Shown in pieces: positions 1 through 13,100 of a stretch of DNA of 64,000 bases. The stretch comes from Amoebophrya sp. A120 (taxonomy: Eukaryota; Protista; Dinoflagellata). A program made the position numbers and the translations under genes. Each line of letters begins with the position of its first letter. Within the stretch, counting starts at the first letter, position 1. Below the pieces are notes generated by a model. The model was not told the origin of the DNA, did not search any database, and was given only the letters and a program-made list of their open reading frames with translations. Where the stretch lies: NCBI GenBank assembly GCA_905178155.1, contig CAJINV010000012.1, positions 1,616,492 to 1,680,491 of the forward strand. The letters run 5' to 3'.

Positions 1-58
1 TCATCATGAACAGTTCAGCATCACAGGTTTCCAGACCCAGACATGTTTGCAATGCATA
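1..58. mobile_element. Introner family A, right end only
   Basis: TTCCAGACCCAGACATGTTTGCAATGCATA right TIR at window start. Confidence 0.8.
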
Positions 59-896
59 CTTCACGGACACGAAGTTCTACCGGACAAAAGACCCGCCAAC
101 AAAAACCGTGTTCCCCCTGAATAAGGGGAAGAAAATTTATGCATTGCAAATATGTCTGGGTCTCGTCTGGAAGATTTGGGGAGTTTGTCATGCAAGTTGT
201 ACATGCCTTTGCCTGCCCATGTTGCCTCTGATGCATGCTATAGCATCACAGCTTTCGGCGCAAAGGTTTTCACATGTCTAAACTGCATGAGAAATGCCCT
301 CTCCGGGAGGTGGCAACAATCTGAGTGTCTTTTGCCTCTCTTGCAATAGAGATTTTTGTGTGATCGACGGCTGGCATCACAAATCCCATTCTTTCCAGAG
401 GACCCAGACTTATTTGCAGTTGATAGAATTGCTCTGTCGACGACTACATCCGCATCGTCCGAGCGAAACTACTCTGTAGACATTCGACCGGAGAGGGATG
501 ACGGCAGTAGTACCGACGGAAAGACAGAGAGGTGCTGGATGCTGGATCCAAGATTTGGCTCCTGCAACCGCTTTATGACAGTTCACAACTCTTCCTCCCC
601 CCCATTTGTCTTTGTCATGCAAAATCCCCAATCCAGTCGCTGCCCTGTGGCGCTGTTTGCATGACAGGTTCTGGCAGCCCAAATAGTACTACACTCCAGT
701 GCAGATTTGTCATGCAAATGCTGATGCAGATGCGTGTAAGTTTATTGCCGTTCATGCTATAATACAAATGAGGGGGACGAGGGGAAGTTGTGCACTGTCA
801 TACGCTTAAGTTTGTCGACGGATGTGTGGTTTCCAACGTCGAGAGCGGAGAGCTACGATTTCTGGTATGCCCTCCGCATGGAACAAAACTGCTGAT
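1..896 (+). CDS. 3' part of a multi-exon hypothetical protein gene (starts before window)
   Basis: Removing elements 1-58, 138-425 and 574-802 (plus one DR each) gives a continuous frame ...FTDTKFYRTKDPP...KIALSTTT...CNRLSLSTDVWF...; no recognisable domain. Confidence 0.45.
138..425. mobile_element. Introner family A (TIR consensus TATCAAATGCAAAAATGTCTGGGTCTGGAA)
   Basis: TATGCATTGCAAATATGTCTGGGTC ... GACCCAGACTTATTTGCAGTTGATA; DR AAATT/GAATT. Confidence 0.8.
574..802. mobile_element. Introner family E
   Basis: TIR TATGACAGTTCACAACT / AGTTGTGCACTGTCATA; perfect DR CGCTT; related to 30716-30952 in the opposite orientation. Confidence 0.85.
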
Positions 897-998
897 CATT
901 TCTTGCGCCGATACTTTCCTATTCCTTGCGTTTGCTGAAATCTTCCAAACAACGTTCTACTAGTAAGCATAAGCATAAGTAAATGTAAATGATGAAAG

Positions 999-1277
999 AT
1001 GAAAACCCCACATCGCAGGTGGCTCCCCTCCTGTAGGCGGCCCTACGTGATTGAGACCTTCCAGCCCTATTACCGCTCGAAGTTTGCGCACCTGGACCAA
1101 GATTCAGTTGCGGAGTTGCGGCACCGCTGGCTGGACGAGTTCGACATTCATCCCTCCGAAACCTGGGCCCGGGACATGCCCAAAGACGATCGGTGGAAGC
1201 GGTTGTTTGAAATCAAACGAGGAGGGCACGGGCTCACGCTGTTTGTGCGAAGGGGGGCCGAGAAGGTCGCGGGATAA
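999..1277 (+). CDS. small hypothetical protein (92 aa)
   Basis: ATG-started ORF with protein-like composition; no motif recognised. Confidence 0.3.
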   Translation: MKTPHRRWLPSCRRPYVIETFQPYYRSKFAHLDQDSVAELRHRWLDEFDIHPSETWARDMPKDDRWKRLFEIKRGGHGLTLFVRRGAEKVAG

Positions 1278-2210
1278 CAAACTAGAAGTATTCGGCGGGG
1301 ATGTAAATGTTGCACATGCATTTTCAGGTCGTTTGGCCACTTTGTGTGAAGAGAGCTTGTCTTTGTGTTTGATGAAGAACCACGATGTTGAACTTGAAAG
1401 CAAAGCTTTATAGAATATGACCACGTTTTTAAGAACCCTACAAAAATGAAGAAAAAGAACCAGAGGAAAGTGTAAACTCAAGCACGGAGAAGTTTCAATT
1501 ATTCGCGTTGACATCATTTGACAAAGAACCACTTTTCAGTCTGCGAAGTGAAGATACTCAAAGTACGAGAGCAAGGCACAACAAAATGTAGGATGCGGGC
1601 GCTGGCTCTTTGTTTCGCAATCGTGTGCCAAACTTTAGCACCCAACTTTCTGTTCGTGTTACAGCTGCTCGTCGAGGGAAGCAGGAAGTAATGAAGTGCA
1701 TCTACTACAACGGAAAGTAAGTGGCGGAATCTCAAAGAAGTGTTTCTATCGTCAACTTGATTCGTGTCGTATAAAGAACATGTTGCAACTTTTAGGGCGG
1801 GGCCAACATCATCGTCAATTACCAGGATCCGTCTCTTCGTGAAGTAGTTTCACTTTCTCTTCATATTTCCCGAAAGGGAAAACCGGGTAGTAGAACAGCG
1901 TCGAATTGTAGCCGATGCTTTTCCTTGTCGTACTCAGTAGCCTAATTTATCGTAGATAAAGAGCAAAGGCGATTCACTTCTTCACTTCGTTCCTCGTGTA
2001 CAGCTAGGTGGACCTCCTCTCGACGCGTCGATAGGCAGTGCGTGTATAACTCCATTCAGAAAAGCTAAAGAACGGGATCATTTTTAAAAACTTGCAGTTT
2101 TTTTTTCTGTTCGCACAAGAATTACCAGTCAAAGGGGCAGGTACAAAAGGAAAACTGCTTACTTCACATCACAACAAAACCCTAAACGCTAGAGTAATAG
2201 AACATCAAAC

Positions 2211-4434
2211 ATGCCGACCCTGTTCTTCTCTTACGACCAGCCCTACCACGATGCGCGGGTGGCGTTGAAGAAAAGACCGGACCCCCGGGATTTGAAGCGG
2301 ACCTTTGAACTGGAGGCGGAACGGGTATCCTGTGTAAAAATAATGCCCCTGCTAACACATACGCATATTCCGTTAAAGTTGTATTGGGAACTGTGCAAGA
2401 ACAGCAACACAAATTCAAATACAGAAGTTTTGCGAGGCATGGATGAAAGGTTCCTCTGTGGTGCGGGTGACAGGTATAGCAAGGAAAGTCGTCTGCTTGA
2501 TATCCTGCGTGCAGAAGTGTAAATGCCAAAACTCGACTAGGAATCGCTCTCTACTACATGGGGAAGTGTAGAAGATGCGCATCACAAATGTTCTTGTGAA
2601 CGCCAATCTGCATGACATCTACTCTGGGCGGGTGGGGATGTTTTTACTGAGGATAACGGGACAGGTTCGACCAGAGCAAGGTGTTCGCGGAGAGGGAATT
2701 ACGAGCGGTGTGCTCATATCAAATGTAAAAATGTCTGGGTCTGGGAGAATGCATGTTTGTCATGCCTGTCTGGCATGACTCTTAAATCTGTCATGCACGT
2801 TACCCAAGAGCGCCATTTTTCTGTGATACAGAAACGCAGTTTGTCATGCAGAATAGGCAACACCTAGAAGCTCAGAAACTTGTCATGCTGAGCCAGCATT
2901 TGATGTGGGGTGGCCTCATCATGAGACGCCACCCAGCATCACAAGTTTCCAGACCCAGACATTTTTACATTTGATAGCTCAGCAGCAGAGTTGGGGGAGA
3001 AGCAGAAGAAGAAGTACCAAATATTTATGAATGTGCCGTTTTGAGATTGAAGATCGATGAAGGAATGCACGCACAGTCCCGCATGATCAAGTGTTGTACC
3101 AGTTGATCCTAGTAGCCGCGCATGACAAATCGTCACCAATAAACCATGATATCAAAAGGTACCTCGCAGCCGATAAAGAGTGGAGGAAGCGACATCGAGT
3201 GGCCATCCAGTTTATCAAGTGCAAATATGTTTTAATCTGGAGGAGATCACTTGTTTGTCATGCACCTAGTGGATCAGATTCAGATAGCTGGTCTGCACGC
3301 AAGTCATGACAGGTTTTGCGAATGCTTCTGAAGTAATGCGTACCCCGCTGCATGATCATTATTTCGCTTGATGTGCGTTCCAAAAAGTGAGCCGCTGATG
3401 TGTTTGGCCTCCATACAAGAGCAAGACGGATTTTTTTGCGCATCGCAAGGTGCAGCAGGATGCACTCTTTCTTGTCCCGACCCAAACATATTTGCAATGC
3501 ATCAAATTGCGGGAAAAATACGAGGAGGAGTTCGTGAAGAATATGCATTGCAAATTATGTCTTGGTCAGGGACAAGCATAAACTTGTGATGCTAGTCGTG
3601 TCAACATAGGAAACAGCGATCCTCGCGTTTGTTGCATGACAGACCATGCGCTGCAGCTGACCCGCTTCATGCACTACAGATTTCGACTTCATGATGTAGT
3701 TCATGCGGAGTTGTAGATATAACGCAATACAAAGTTGCGTTTGATGCACTTATTTGTTTCCAGACCCAGACACAATTGCAACTCATACAGAAATCTATCG
3801 TGCAGCTGCAGGAGCGGGATGAACGTTTGGACCGGAGAAATCTTCGCCGCCAATCCCTTTTGGGAACGTATAGAACATCTTTAAGGATTTTTTTTTGTGC
3901 TGGAAGACGAAAATTGCCTGTGCTATGTAAAAAAACCCTTGAATGAGAATGAACGCCCGCGGGTGCACGAAAGCAAAGCAGCGTATGCATGTTGACGCAA
4001 TAAATCTATCATCATATAATTATCAGGTACGGCAATCGGGCGTTTTTGAGTCAGACGAACCTGATATCACCTGCAAATCACCGAGAAGGATGCTGCAGGT
4101 CAATAGAGTTCTTTGAATCTGACCCAACATTTTTGATGCTGCATGTGGTCGTGTAGTTGTACCGTGAAGATAAAGTCGACGTGCTTGACCTGCGACAAAA
4201 AAACACGAAGTTCATGTATGACCAAAAGCTGCCACAGTTTCTCGAGATTTGCATTGCATATCCCGGGACAGCGAAATACAAGCCGATGGGTTAAGGTCGC
4301 TCGAGCAAGGAAGGGGGACAGAACTCCGATTGTACAGTATTGCTTCCAGTACTAGGTACCAAGAACGATTTAGGCAGTCTGCCTATCCGAAAGAGAAGTA
4401 CTTACCAAAAAAAATGAACTTACAGGAGGGATAG
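2211..4434 (+). CDS. hypothetical multi-exon gene; exon structure unresolved
   Basis: Protein-like segments (2211-2474; 3091-3212; 3504-3541; 3788-3865) separated by introners; I could not join all of them into one frame. Confidence 0.35.
2475..2655. mobile_element. probable degenerate introner (family D-like right end)
   Basis: Right end GGGGATGTTTTTACTGAGGATA resembles the family D TIR; DR ACAGG/ACGGG; left TIR weak. Confidence 0.45.
2717..2976. mobile_element. Introner family A
   Basis: Near-perfect ~28-bp TIR; perfect DR GCTCA. Confidence 0.9.
3213..3503. mobile_element. Introner family A, degenerate
   Basis: TATCAAGTGCAAATATGTTT ... AAACATATTTGCAATGCATC; DR imperfect. Confidence 0.65.
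3542..3787. mobile_element. Introner family A, degenerate
   Basis: TATGCATTGCAAATTATGTC ... TTCCAGACCCAGACACAATTGCAACTCATA; DR AAGAA/CAGAA. Confidence 0.7.
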
Positions 4435-5159
4435 TAGTTCTTGTGTGTGTAAAAAGAATGCCTGCTCAGGTGTGTTTTTCGAATAATCCTCAGTTAGTAT
4501 CTAGCATCCATTTCTGTTTTATACCTGAAGTAGACACCTTTCTAGTTTGTACATGTCAACAAGCAGATCGATCACTTTCATCAGAACTACTTCCACAAGG
4601 TCTTTGAACTAGTGTAGCAGAACCTAGAATAAAAACTGTACTTTTTGGCTTGATCAGGTTGCGCGCAGCCTGCTTTTTGGACTTTGGCACCATGATGGGG
4701 GGAAATAGATATGTGAACCTGTACAAAACGGATTTTTTGTGTCATCCGTGGAAGACACGACAGAGCTTTTGAGCATTACAATGAGAATGCTTCGCGCTGG
4801 TCGTCTCACGCAGTGCTTCGAATGCCGGAGCTATCGTGGTGCTGCGATTGATTTGATTTCTGTTGTGTTTGCTTCATTCTGAGTTGTAGTCACAAGCCGC
4901 TGTCTCGCACTTGCGGAGAGGAGCATCAAACCAAAGAGAAAAAAACTTTAAAAGTGAAATCATGCTAAGCCGACTGCTGCACAAGAGCAAGACAGAGACT
5001 GGTGAGCGAACAGTTGGCCGAATGCGACTTCAGGTGAGGCATCCACATGGGAGGGTCTGTGAGCAGGTAGCCGGAAGCATGTATCTTGATCTTCATCACA
5101 TACAGTCCAGTCTCTGCAGATTCAGAGCGTTTTTCGAAACGAATATACACAAGATGAAG

Positions 5160-5980
5160 GCATGGCGTGCGTTGTTTTTTTGGGGCCACAGGTGCAGGCG
5201 CTGGCTTGGAGACAAATTTTGAACTTACGCATCGCCGCGAACTTTGGACGCAGCGGGCCGGCCGGTGCACAGGAATCCGCGGGCGAGCCATCCCCATCTC
5301 GTCGGAGCGCGCAGCCAATCAAGGTGCTCCGCCTCAGAGCGAGGCGCCAAACGCTAAGCGCGCGCACCGCCCGCCCGCCGCGCCGGCCCGCCCACCCCGG
5401 CCGGGGCGCCGCTTGGAATGGAGCGCGCCCCCAGCAGGCGGCCCGCTGGACCATCGTCCAGGTCGCGCAACCCAGCTGGTGGGGCGAGAGCCCTGCGAAA
5501 GTTTCTCAGTTTTCTGAAGAAAGCGGGGAGAGCTGCCAGCGCAAGAGCGCCAGCCAGTCCCGACGCCCCTCGGGTTCCTTGGTGGAAGAATTGGGCGCGC
5601 GGCGCCGCGGCGGCCAGCGGCCCGGTGGAATCACGGGCCCACGGCCGGCGCTGGGGGTCGCGCGCGCTGGGCCACGTTGCTTGTGGCACGCATCTGGGAA
5701 CGCCGTCCGGACGCGCCCGCACTTGCGGGGGGGGGGCCCGGCCCCGGGGGCGCCCGTGTTTTTTTTCTGCGCGGCTGGGGGCGTACTGCTGGCCAGGCCG
5801 CCCGTAAATTGGGGTTGGGAGGGAGCTTGCGCCACAGGGACCGTTTTTATTTCAGTAGGCGGCGCACCCCCGCGGCGCGGGAGCGGGTGCGCGGGGGAAG
5901 GCAGCATCTTGTCCCCGCGCCCCCGAACGACGGCAGCCAGTAGCGGTGACGTGGTATTGTATCCGGGCCGAGGGCCGCAC
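5160..5980. other. GC-rich intergenic tract
   Basis: Abrupt rise in GC with overlapping Arg/Gly/Ala/Pro-rich ORFs on both strands and no domain. Confidence 0.5.
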
Positions 5981-6510
5981 TGTCTCGTGGTATATGAAGC
6001 CAAGTAGATTAAGCGGCGCCGCACGCACACAACCATGTCGGTGTGTCTCAGCATGTTGGTTGTTGCGTGTTTGTTCGTTGTCGCGTGTGTTGCGTTGCGT
6101 TGTTTCTGTCCGAGGGGATTGCGGGATGAGTGTTTTTTGTTCAAAGAAAAAAGCACTGCCGGATGCTGGGTACTGGCGTCTCTGGGTAAGATGAGCCTGA
6201 CCTGAGAGATTGTTTGCGAGCGTTCTTTGTTCCACCTGCTTCATGATGTCTGTGAACCGCACGAGCGGAGCATGGCTGCGTATCGGTATCTCTGCTGAAC
6301 AACTACAACGCGGAAGGAATAGCCTTGGTGATGTTGTCTGGTCGAGAGGGCACCTTCATAATGCTACCCGTTCTCGACCACGGTGGTCGCCTGCGCGACT
6401 GTCTCGTGGACGAGTACAGGAGCAGGACCGCATTGGCTTTTCATCCTGAATTCAGCTGCCCGCGGCGTCCCTTTTGAACCGTCGTTGAGCCTTTTCGATC
6501 CAAGTCAATC

Positions 6511-9244
6511 ATGACCATGAGTTCCTCCGGCGCAGGACCGGCAACCTGTTCATGTTCTCTTTCATCTTCGTCGAAGCCCAAGGTCCCGAAGAAGTCCTCG
6601 CTGAATGCGACAGACGTGTCCGTTTCCTTTGCGAGCGGGTTCGCCGCCTTATCAAATGCGAAAATGTTTGAGTCTGGAAGAGTCATGCTGTTTTTGCATG
6701 ACACAGAAGGTCTGGCATGGAAGCTCTGGCATCACAGGTTTCAAAAAGCTTCCGCAATGCCGAAGCCGCATGACAAATTCCCCACTTTGGTGACAGAAAG
6801 TGGGCAGGTTTTGCTACCTATGCATGAGAGATTTTTCTGTGTTCTCAAATGCGCACTACAGGTCTGTACTCTTCCAGACCCAGAGATATTAATTTGCAAC
6901 CCATACGCCGGGTTTCTGGTCAAAACCGCCACCGCACCCCTCTATGCTCTGCAAAAGTATCGTACTCGTTCTCGTACTAATTGCAATCAGGCATGACAAA
7001 TCGTTTTCTTTTTCTTAGCCGAATCACCATTACAAACTGTATTCTTCCTTCTGAGAAGATTTGTATTGCGATTTATACTGCTAGTACGATGCTTTAGCTT
7101 TTGCAATGCATACCCTTTCGCGAATGACCATTCTCCTGCAGTGCAGCAGCGACCAGGAAATAATAGGAGGTCGTGGGGGAAAAGGAAATGCAAACAGAGG
7201 AGCATCTACTTCAAGTTCTTCGCCGGTGAAACTCAAGCCCTTTTTTCGAAAAATTTCCTTCACCAACTACCACCTTTTCCGGCAAATCGTCAAGGAAGAG
7301 GGGTGTGCGAGTTTTTGGAAGGGCAACTGGGCGTCGATTCTGCAGAAGGGAATCTCGATATCCTCAGTAAGAACGTCCCCACACCAGAGTCAAGATGGGA
7401 TATCTGCTAGACAAATCAGCCAGCTGCATTTTATTCGCATGACAAGTTTTTCCTCGTATGTAGTGAGGTCACGAACGTTCTATCCTAGTAGTGTCATTCT
7501 GTTTGGCTAGTTCAGTTGTAGCGTCACAGATCTAGTTTGTCATGCTGATTCTAGCATCACAAATCCGAAAACGCGACTAGATGACGCTTCTCATCGGGCT
7601 CCGCATGAGAAACTTTTTTGGCATGCAGATTTGCATTACAACTCTGGGGTGGGGACGTTTTTGCCCTGAATACTCGACCGGAATGAACTACGTGTTTTTC
7701 GAGGGTGCGAAGTACCTGCTCAAGCCGGTGCTTTGGCAATCCGACACCGAGGTCGGCTTCGCCGCCCGAACCGTCGCGGGGTTTCTCGGCGGCGCCGGGA
7801 GCCTGCTCTTCGCCTACCCGTTTGATGTGGTCAGGACAAGATTAGCGGTGAACGGGAACAGCTTGACGGAGGTTCCTGGCTGCAATAGTGGTGGTGGTGG
7901 TGGGTTGCAGCAGAATCGAGGTAGCTTAAGTGCTAGCGGAGCTGCAAGAAGAAGCGGGATGAATTTGCTGACGCAACACAGTGTCATTCTCCATGCGTGG
8001 GCAAAGCTGGTGGAGCAAGAGGTACTTACTTACACACTTTGATTTGTCTCGTCGCGGAGTAGTTGCACAAGCGTGGCGTCGTGCACGAACAGCGAAAGAA
8101 TTTTCAAATTCGTTTAGATAGGAATCGACCATCAACATAAGAACAATGTCACAGGGCTCTCTCCTCCGCGCGTACACCCGCGGACTCGCCTGCACCATCG
8201 CCTGCCAGGGGCTGAACATGGGGATCGGGTTTGGTATTTACGAAACGCTGAATATCGCAAGAAAAAAGCGTTGCAGTTACGCATTGTGTTTCAGGCGAAG
8301 CAAGACAGACAAGCGCTGTCATGCCGGATATGCCTAGGAGCCTTTTTTGTTCGTCCGCGTTTATTTCCCGTAGGATTTCTGCATTGCAAGTTCTCCTTCT
8401 CTCTCTCACGAAAAGAAATTCGTGTTGCTGAATTGACAACAAATCTGTCACTGGAACACTTTTTTCGTGTGATACTGAATGTCAAGACCTTACACGAGAA
8501 CCAGACCCGCACGAATCTCTTCAACTGTCTCTGGTGCGGGGCCATCGCCGGCTTCTGGGCTTCGGTTTTGACGCACCCCCTGGATCTCGTTCGGAGGCGG
8601 CAGCAGGTGGACAATTTCATGATCAACAGTGGTAGTAAAGTATCCTGTGCAAAAGTATCGCACTCGTAGTAATTGCAGTCGTGCATTGCAAATCTTCTTT
8701 CCAAGGTAAAACAGCATGACAAATTTCATTTCTCATGCTGAGCAAATTTGTCATGCGATTTATGCTAGTACGATACTTTTGCAATGCATATAAAGAAATG
8801 CTGAACGAGAAGAAAATGAACTTTGTACAGATAGCGGTAAAGTTGTGGAGGTTGAACGGCTATCAAATGCAAAGATGTCTGGGTCTGGAAAGTTGTGATG
8901 CAGGTAACTGAATAATAAGGACACTGTAATGCGCCGCCGTGCATGACAAGTTTTTTCATGCTTCTGTGTTGCGTATTCCGCATGAGAAACTGCGTGTTTG
9001 CATGACAGGCTAGAGGAGCTCTTGGTTGCCACGCAATACAGATCCCAGAGTCATGCCAGACTAGCATGACAAATCTCGCAATCTCCCAGACCCAGACATT
9101 TTTGCATTTGATAACGGCCTGCAGGCCTTGTACAGGGGCCTGGTGCCGGAACTGGTGAAAGTAGTGCCCGCGGTCGGCCTCAACTTCTACGTTTACGAAT
9201 ACCTGCGCCAGGACGTGTTTAAATGTACCATTTTGCCAAGATAG
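6511..9244 (+). CDS. mitochondrial carrier family (SLC25) protein; 6 introner introns plus 1 GT-AG intron (8022-8154)
   Basis: Spliced product has three carrier repeats: GFAAGFLVKTATAPLSRMTILLQ...IVKEEG..FWKGN; AGFLGGAGSLLFAYPFDVVRTRLA; GAIAGFWASVLTHPLDLVRRRQQ...LYRGLVPELVKVVP; stop TAG 9242-9244. Confidence 0.92.
6650..6905. mobile_element. Introner family A
   Basis: TIRs; DR CGCCT/CGCCG; removal restores FAAGFLVK. Confidence 0.85.
6943..7112. mobile_element. Introner family B (TIR consensus TATCCTGTGCAAAAGTATCGTACTCGTA)
   Basis: TATGCTCTGCAAAAGTATCGTACT ... AGTACGATGCTT..TTTTGCAATGCATA; DR CCCTC/CCCTT; restores APLSRMTILLQ. Confidence 0.85.
7359..7672. mobile_element. Introner family D
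   Basis: TATCCTCAGTAAGAACGTCCCCACACCAGAGT / ACTCTGGGGTGGGGACGTTTTTGCCCTGAATA; perfect DR CTCGA. Confidence 0.88.
8253..8474. mobile_element. Introner family C (TIR TATCGCAAGAAAAAAG)
   Basis: TIR partner CTTTTTTCGTGTGATA; perfect DR CTGAA. Confidence 0.88.
8641..8790. mobile_element. Introner family B
   Basis: TIRs; perfect DR TAAAG. Confidence 0.9.
8861..9113. mobile_element. Introner family A
   Basis: TIRs; perfect DR ACGGC. Confidence 0.9.
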
Positions 9245-10133
9245 TAAGGAGAATGGAAGCGGAGTGGCACCGACCGTGCCTGCTTTTGACGAAGGAATGA
9301 ATTTTGCTCGGCCGGTCAGGAGGTCGCGACTTGTGTCAAAAAAGTTTCGACCACTGTGCTCGCTGTGAAGTACTATGGGCAAGCGGATGTACATCTACGT
9401 TTTTTGTCTGCGAAACGAAACCAAGTCGCGCTGGCTATATTTTGTCTGGAAGATGAATAAAGAAATACAAGAGTACGAAAATATCATACTACTTGCGGAT
9501 CATGTGGAGCCACTGGTCTCAGGTGGGTAAATAAAGTTTGGAAGCGGCTTCGCGTTCGAGTTTTTCTTGACATGATTGTTTATTAGAGTAGTTGTACGGC
9601 TACGGCCGCCATGGGCTCTTTATGGTGCTCTTGATCTATGTGTTTTTTAGTTCCTATCTTTGTTTTGGTCATAGAAAACTACGGCTCAGCAAGAGCCTGA
9701 TTTTCAACCTGTTCATGTACAGTTCCTGATATCTTCGGAGATCATCATGAAAACATCATGGAGTCGTTTTTTTCAACCCTTTCCGGATCTTCAATCCGAG
9801 AAAAAGAAGAAACAAAAAGCACCCTGCAGGTGCACTTTTTTGGAAAAGTTGTCAAAAAAGGCAGGAAACAAGTACTTACTGAAAAGATCTTGGACGCACG
9901 TATGTCGATCGGTCGAATGTATCCTCCAAGATTAGCATTTTAGTATTTTGATCCGGAAGCTCAAGCCTTTGGCGGCTTTCCTCCGCTGCGCAATCTTTTC
10001 GGTACTGCGTATTACAAACGCGTAAATTAGTACGCTCTTATTCGGCGTGATACAAGTTGTAATTCTGGACACAAGTCGTGCAGTATCAAATAGGTAAGTG
10101 CTTACTACCCTGGACAACAAAGCAAAATTTTCG

Positions 10134-13100
10134 ATGAAGAACGCAATATCGAACAAAATGGACACCTTTCTCCGCGAGCCCTTTCGCACGCGCACCACGC
10201 TCTACGGGACCGAAAGGGACGCGTTTGTTGCCACGTCCCAGCCGCTCGCGACCCAAGCGGGGCTGGAGATTTTGCGAAGAGGGGGCAACGCGGCCGACGC
10301 AGCCATCGCCACGTGCTTGGTCCTATTAACTGCAAAAGTATCGTACTGTAGTATAAACCGCATGACAAATTTCCTCAGCGTGAGAAATGAAATCTGTAAT
10401 GTGGATTAAATTTAAGAAAAAGATTTGTAATGCGTGACTGCAATACGAGTGCGATGCTTTTGCATAGGATAGGGCCTGAACGTCGTCGAGCCGTGCTGCT
10501 GCGGATTGGGCGGTGACGCTTTTGCTTTGTACTGGAAAGAAGACGAAAAGCGAGTGTACGGCATGAACGCAAGTGGTCGCAGTCCGAAGGCGTTGACGCG
10601 GGAAAGGGTTGTCGAGGATGTTGCTAATACTGCTGAAGTAGATCAATTTGCAATGAAACGAGAAACTACGACTGGTGACGCCGACAATGATATCCACGAT
10701 AGTACTACCCCTATGATTCCCGAAACCATCCCGGAAAACTCTGTGCACGCAGTGACGGTTCCCGGCGCAGTCGCTGGCTACATGGATTTCCTGGACAAAT
10801 TTGGTTCCGGTAACGTCATATCAAATGCAAATATGTCTGGGTCTGGAAGAGTGTGATCTTGCTTGTGCATGACGTAGAAGGTCTGGCATGAAAGTCCTAG
10901 CAACACAGGTTTTTGAGCAGGCTAGGCGATGCCCAATCGGCATGACAAATTCCCTCTTTTGGTGACAAGAAATGGATAACTTTTGCGGTCCATGCATGAC
11001 AGATTTTGTTCTGGTCTCAAATGCGAATCAGAAGTTTACATGTTTCCAGACCCAGACATACTTGCAATGCCCATACGTCAGCAGGGAGGAGATTTTCTCC
11101 TTCGCGATTGATTTCGCGGAAAACGGATTTCCCGTCGGCATCTGGACCGGAGGCTTGTGGGAAAGCTGCGAAGCGTTTCTGCAAGAGAGCGCACGAAAAG
11201 GGTTTCACGGGGAGGAGTTGTTGATGGAGCAGGCAGCAACTAGAAATAGCTCTACACGAAGATCGAGCGAGGGGGCCGAGGGTCGTGAGGAGGTTGGCAA
11301 GAATCATGGAGCAAACAAGTCAGAAACTTCTAAAGCAGCGCCAAACACGGTCAAAGACCACGGTGTGATGGTCAACAAAAACATCGCAACCGTTCTGCGG
11401 AGGATTTGCTGCGAGGGAAAGCCCGGGTTTTACGAGGGCGAAACTGCGAGAAAAATCCTCGACGTCTTGACGGTCGCTCAGAAAAAGCAGAATTTGCCGG
11501 AAAGCTGCATGACGCTGGAGGACTTGCGGTGGCACCAGGAGTTCGGGGTGGATATTTTTGGGGCAAACGACGAAGCTGTTGGCCTCGGGGGACACACAGA
11601 AGAGGGCTCGGCGATTTTTTCCAAGTCGGCAACCAAGCAACGAATCCTGTCTGTCACCTACCGAGACAAAATCCGCATCCACGAGATGCCGCCCAACGGG
11701 CAGGGTATCACGAGAAAAAAGTACATACGTACAGTTGCAGCCCCTGCATGCTGCAAGACGGTCGAGGACGACCTTTGTCATGTTGCGCAATAAACTGTTT
11801 GCGTGCAGCCTCCGCCCCGTTTCGTGCAGCGTGTGTTTTCGCTTCTGATCTCTGCATCGCAAGTTTCCTCTGTCCACAACATGGCAAAATGGTTTGTCTT
11901 GCTGATATGTTATACCACAGCAAGAGTGTAAAGAAGAACTGTAAAACACTTTTTTCTTCGGATACAGCGCATTGCGGCATTGGTTGGGCTGAACATTCTG
12001 GAGAACTTTGATTTCGACCAACTTCTTCGAGAGGCCGACTCATTAAAAGTGTCGCGGAATAAAGTTGACCGGGAACAACATCAAATAGATGGAAATGCCG
12101 ACCAAGAAGCCCAGCGTGTGCACACACTAGTGGAGTGCATGAAGCTGGCTTTCTATCGCAAGAAAAAACTGTTTCACTGTGATGAACTTGTGATGCAGAA
12201 AATGCATGATCACTGAAGTCTTTGTCTTGCTGCACATGCAAGACAAGTGATTTTTAGCGGTGTTTTCCCTATAGGATCCTCGCGTGGCAGGTTTTCATTG
12301 TAATGTGTAGCGAATTTGTAATGCAAAACTTGCAAAATCCTTACAGTGAAACAGTTTTTTCTTCCGATACTTTCCACGAAACCAACTTCTACATAGCAGA
12401 CATGGACTTCTACAGGGAAGATGATTTGGATCTCAACGCGGAAGTTGAGCATCCCGGCCTCCCACGACCCTATCCCCACCTGCCCATCGAGACGCTTCTG
12501 TCTAAGGAATACGCGAAGAAATTGAGTTATGGAAGCGTCAGGTTTGAAATCGACAAAGTTGAAATGATTTGTCATGCATAAAATCCACGGCATGAAATGC
12601 CTGTCTTGCCGGGATGGCAAGCGAGGCCGACTGTCAGCCTGTTTAGGGTTTGAAGTAGAGCTGCTAAAGTAGCATGAGCAGTCGTCTGTGCCCAAACAGC
12701 ACGACAAATTGGATTCCGGTGCTCGGAAAATTTGTCATGCGCCGCTTGGAAATTGGGCTTCCGACTGGTATCGATTTTATGCATTACATACAAGTTATTT
12801 CATCAACTTTGACGATTTCAAACCTCACGCTTTCATATGAGTGAATTGATAAAGCCGGACTCCACGGTGGAGGATAGGGTCGGGGAAATCGAGAAAATCC
12901 GCAGGGAATTTGCGACGAACATGGTTCGTGGAAGTGATTATACCCGGTCGTGTACTAGCGCCACAGTAAAAACAAACCAGGATGAAGTGCGAAGCTGCAG
13001 CAGCAGCATACTGTCAAAAGGTGTTGAAGTTGACCACAATACCAACGAGAGCTTCTGCGCCGACTTTTTGTCGGACGTCAAAAAAAAGCATGGTCTTGGT

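Noticed and set aside
5162-6156. 281-aa and 216-aa ORFs
   Set aside because: Same GC-rich shadow-ORF pattern
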